The notes under the pieces: generated by a model | The model's database searches: none | Seen by the model: only the letters and a program-made list of their open reading frames with translations | Told to the model about the DNA's origin: nothing | In this document: piece by piece, positions 63,019 to 64,000 of the stretch | Position numbering within the stretch: the stretch's first letter is position 1 | Layout: each line of letters opens with the position of its first letter | Position numbers and translations under genes: made by a program | Assembly (NCBI GenBank): GCA_963602035.1 | Contig: CAVCHC010000002.1 | Coordinates: forward strand, 8,649 to 72,648 | DNA from: Acutalibacteraceae bacterium | GTDB lineage: Bacteria > Bacillota > Clostridia > Christensenellales > UBA1242 | Direction: 5' to 3' | DNA length: 64,000 nt

Positions 63019-63167
63019 TACATTTTCCAAAACTAAAAAGCCAAGTGCAATTTCTACAATTTTACGGTCAATTCCCCCGCTAACCTTATCCCTTATTCGC
63101 CACAACAAATTTTCAAGTTGCGGCGTTTTTATTTTGAAAAAAAATAATAATATTATATAATTAATTT

Positions 63168-64000
63168 ATGGAACAAAATTCTCAACTTAAAAAAGACTAT
63201 TTAATTATCACAACTTTTATTTTGGCTTCATTCGCGCTTGAAGTCTCACTTTTTTTATTCTTAGGTTTCGGCGTGCTTCCAAAATATTTTCTTTTTGATT
63301 TCGGCTTTATTTTAATTATAAGCGGCCTTTTGTTTATCACCCCTGCGTACAAAACCAAGGTCGCCATCGCCATAACGATTTTAAGTTTGCAGGCCATCAT
63401 TAACTGCGTCAACGTCACACTGTTTAACATTTTTGGCGACATCTTTACGTTTGACATGCTGACCCTTGGCAACGAGGCCGCCGCGGCTTTCAGCCTGCAA
63501 TTTATTCAGTGGTGGTCGGTGATTGTAACGCTGCTTATCTTAGCCGCCGCCATCGTGGCATTTGTGTTCATCCTTAAATCGGGCAACAGAAAACCTAATT
63601 ACTCTCAAAGCATCTCGCTGTTTCTTGTGCTTACATTTATATTCTCGTTCGCGTGCGGCACGGGGCTGATTAAGCTTCAAAAAAGCTATCTTGAAACCGC
63701 CTATGCTGACATTAACAATGAATATTTTGAGTCAGACAGTTACCTTTACCGCAACCTTAACGTTAAGATTTCTGCGCTTAAAAAGTTCGGCACCTTTGGC
63801 CTTTATATGACCGACATTTACCAGTCTCTTGGCATCCAAAGCGCCGCGCAAATCAAGGCCGAACAAGACGAAACCAAAAATTATATTGACAGCGCCAAAA
63901 CCGTCACCGACCTCGGCCTTACCGCGGGCAACGAATATTTTGGCATCAGCAAAACCAACAACATCATCACAATTATGGTTGAGTCTTTTGAGTGGTTCGC
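63168..64000 (+). CDS. LTA synthase/sulfatase-family membrane protein (5' part; continues beyond the window)
   Basis: An open frame runs from ATG 63168 to the window end. It has five TM-like segments and then NIITIMVESFEWF, typical of the start of the LtaS sulfatase domain. Confidence 0.65.
   Translation, partial: MEQNSQLKKDYLIITTFILASFALEVSLFLFLGFGVLPKYFLFDFGFILIISGLLFITPAYKTKVAIAITILSLQAIINCVNVTLFNIFGDIFTFDMLTLGNEAAAAFSLQFIQWWSVIVTLLILAAAIVAFVFILKSGNRKPNYSQSISLFLVLTFIFSFACGTGLIKLQKSYLETAYADINNEYFESDSYLYRNLNVKISALKKFGTFGLYMTDIYQSLGIQSAAQIKAEQDETKNYIDSAKTVTDLGLTAGNEYFGISKTNNIITIMVESFEWF

Noticed and set aside
1-64000. tRNA, rRNA, tmRNA, transposase, integrase, prophage or known defence-system genes
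   Set aside because: I saw no cloverleaf-like GTTCGAATC/T-loop contexts or rRNA-like conserved blocks in the intergenic regions. No ORF shows DDE, tyrosine- or serine-recombinase, RT, Cas or restriction-modification motifs. The repeats therefore appear non-autonomous within this window.

Overview
This is a 64-kb chromosomal window from an endospore-forming Firmicute that looks Clostridia-like, with mid-range GC judged by eye. The taxonomic call rests on spo0A, spoIIR, spoVG, veg, a SpoVID/SipL-like LysM protein, whiA, and the ftsK-rimO-pgsA-recA and dnaE/pfkA neighbourhoods. I support about 53 protein genes, roughly 43 of them on the minus strand. Most are housekeeping: valS, recA, pgsA, rimO, ftsK, pnp, rpsO, pfkA, dnaE, whiA, murB, uvrC, prfA, prmC, rpmE, murC, spoVG, tyrS, sufCB, an rRNA methyltransferase, and an NMT1-type ABC importer. 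I found no rRNA, tRNA, CRISPR array, transposase, integrase or recognisable defence genes.

The unusual content is mostly non-coding.
- A dense family of mosaic intergenic repeats occurs at 8 or more loci. It is built from four modules: a TGTCATTGCGAGG...GGCAATCC unit, two kinds of heptanucleotide array, and a GC-rich hairpin module.
- Two tandem ~150-bp structured elements lie between prfA and uvrC. One forms a 20-bp stem that overlaps the prfA stop codon.
- Several intergenic minisatellites and C-rich/G-poor tracts are present, including promoters that share a GGGGGCGGGGC spacer.

Notable coding features are:
- a truncated Rho paralogue with a dead P-loop, next to spoIIR
- a collagen-like plus multi-dockerin lipoprotein
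- a DUF4186 gene frameshifted at a homopolymer
- UvrC with a ~175-aa low-complexity N-terminal extension
- a radical-SAM enzyme with an in-frame Thr/Asn-rich insertion
- an ABC half-transporter with a degenerate ATPase

I cannot name a complete new multi-gene system with confidence. The repeat system and the prfA-uvrC elements are the best candidates for something undescribed.
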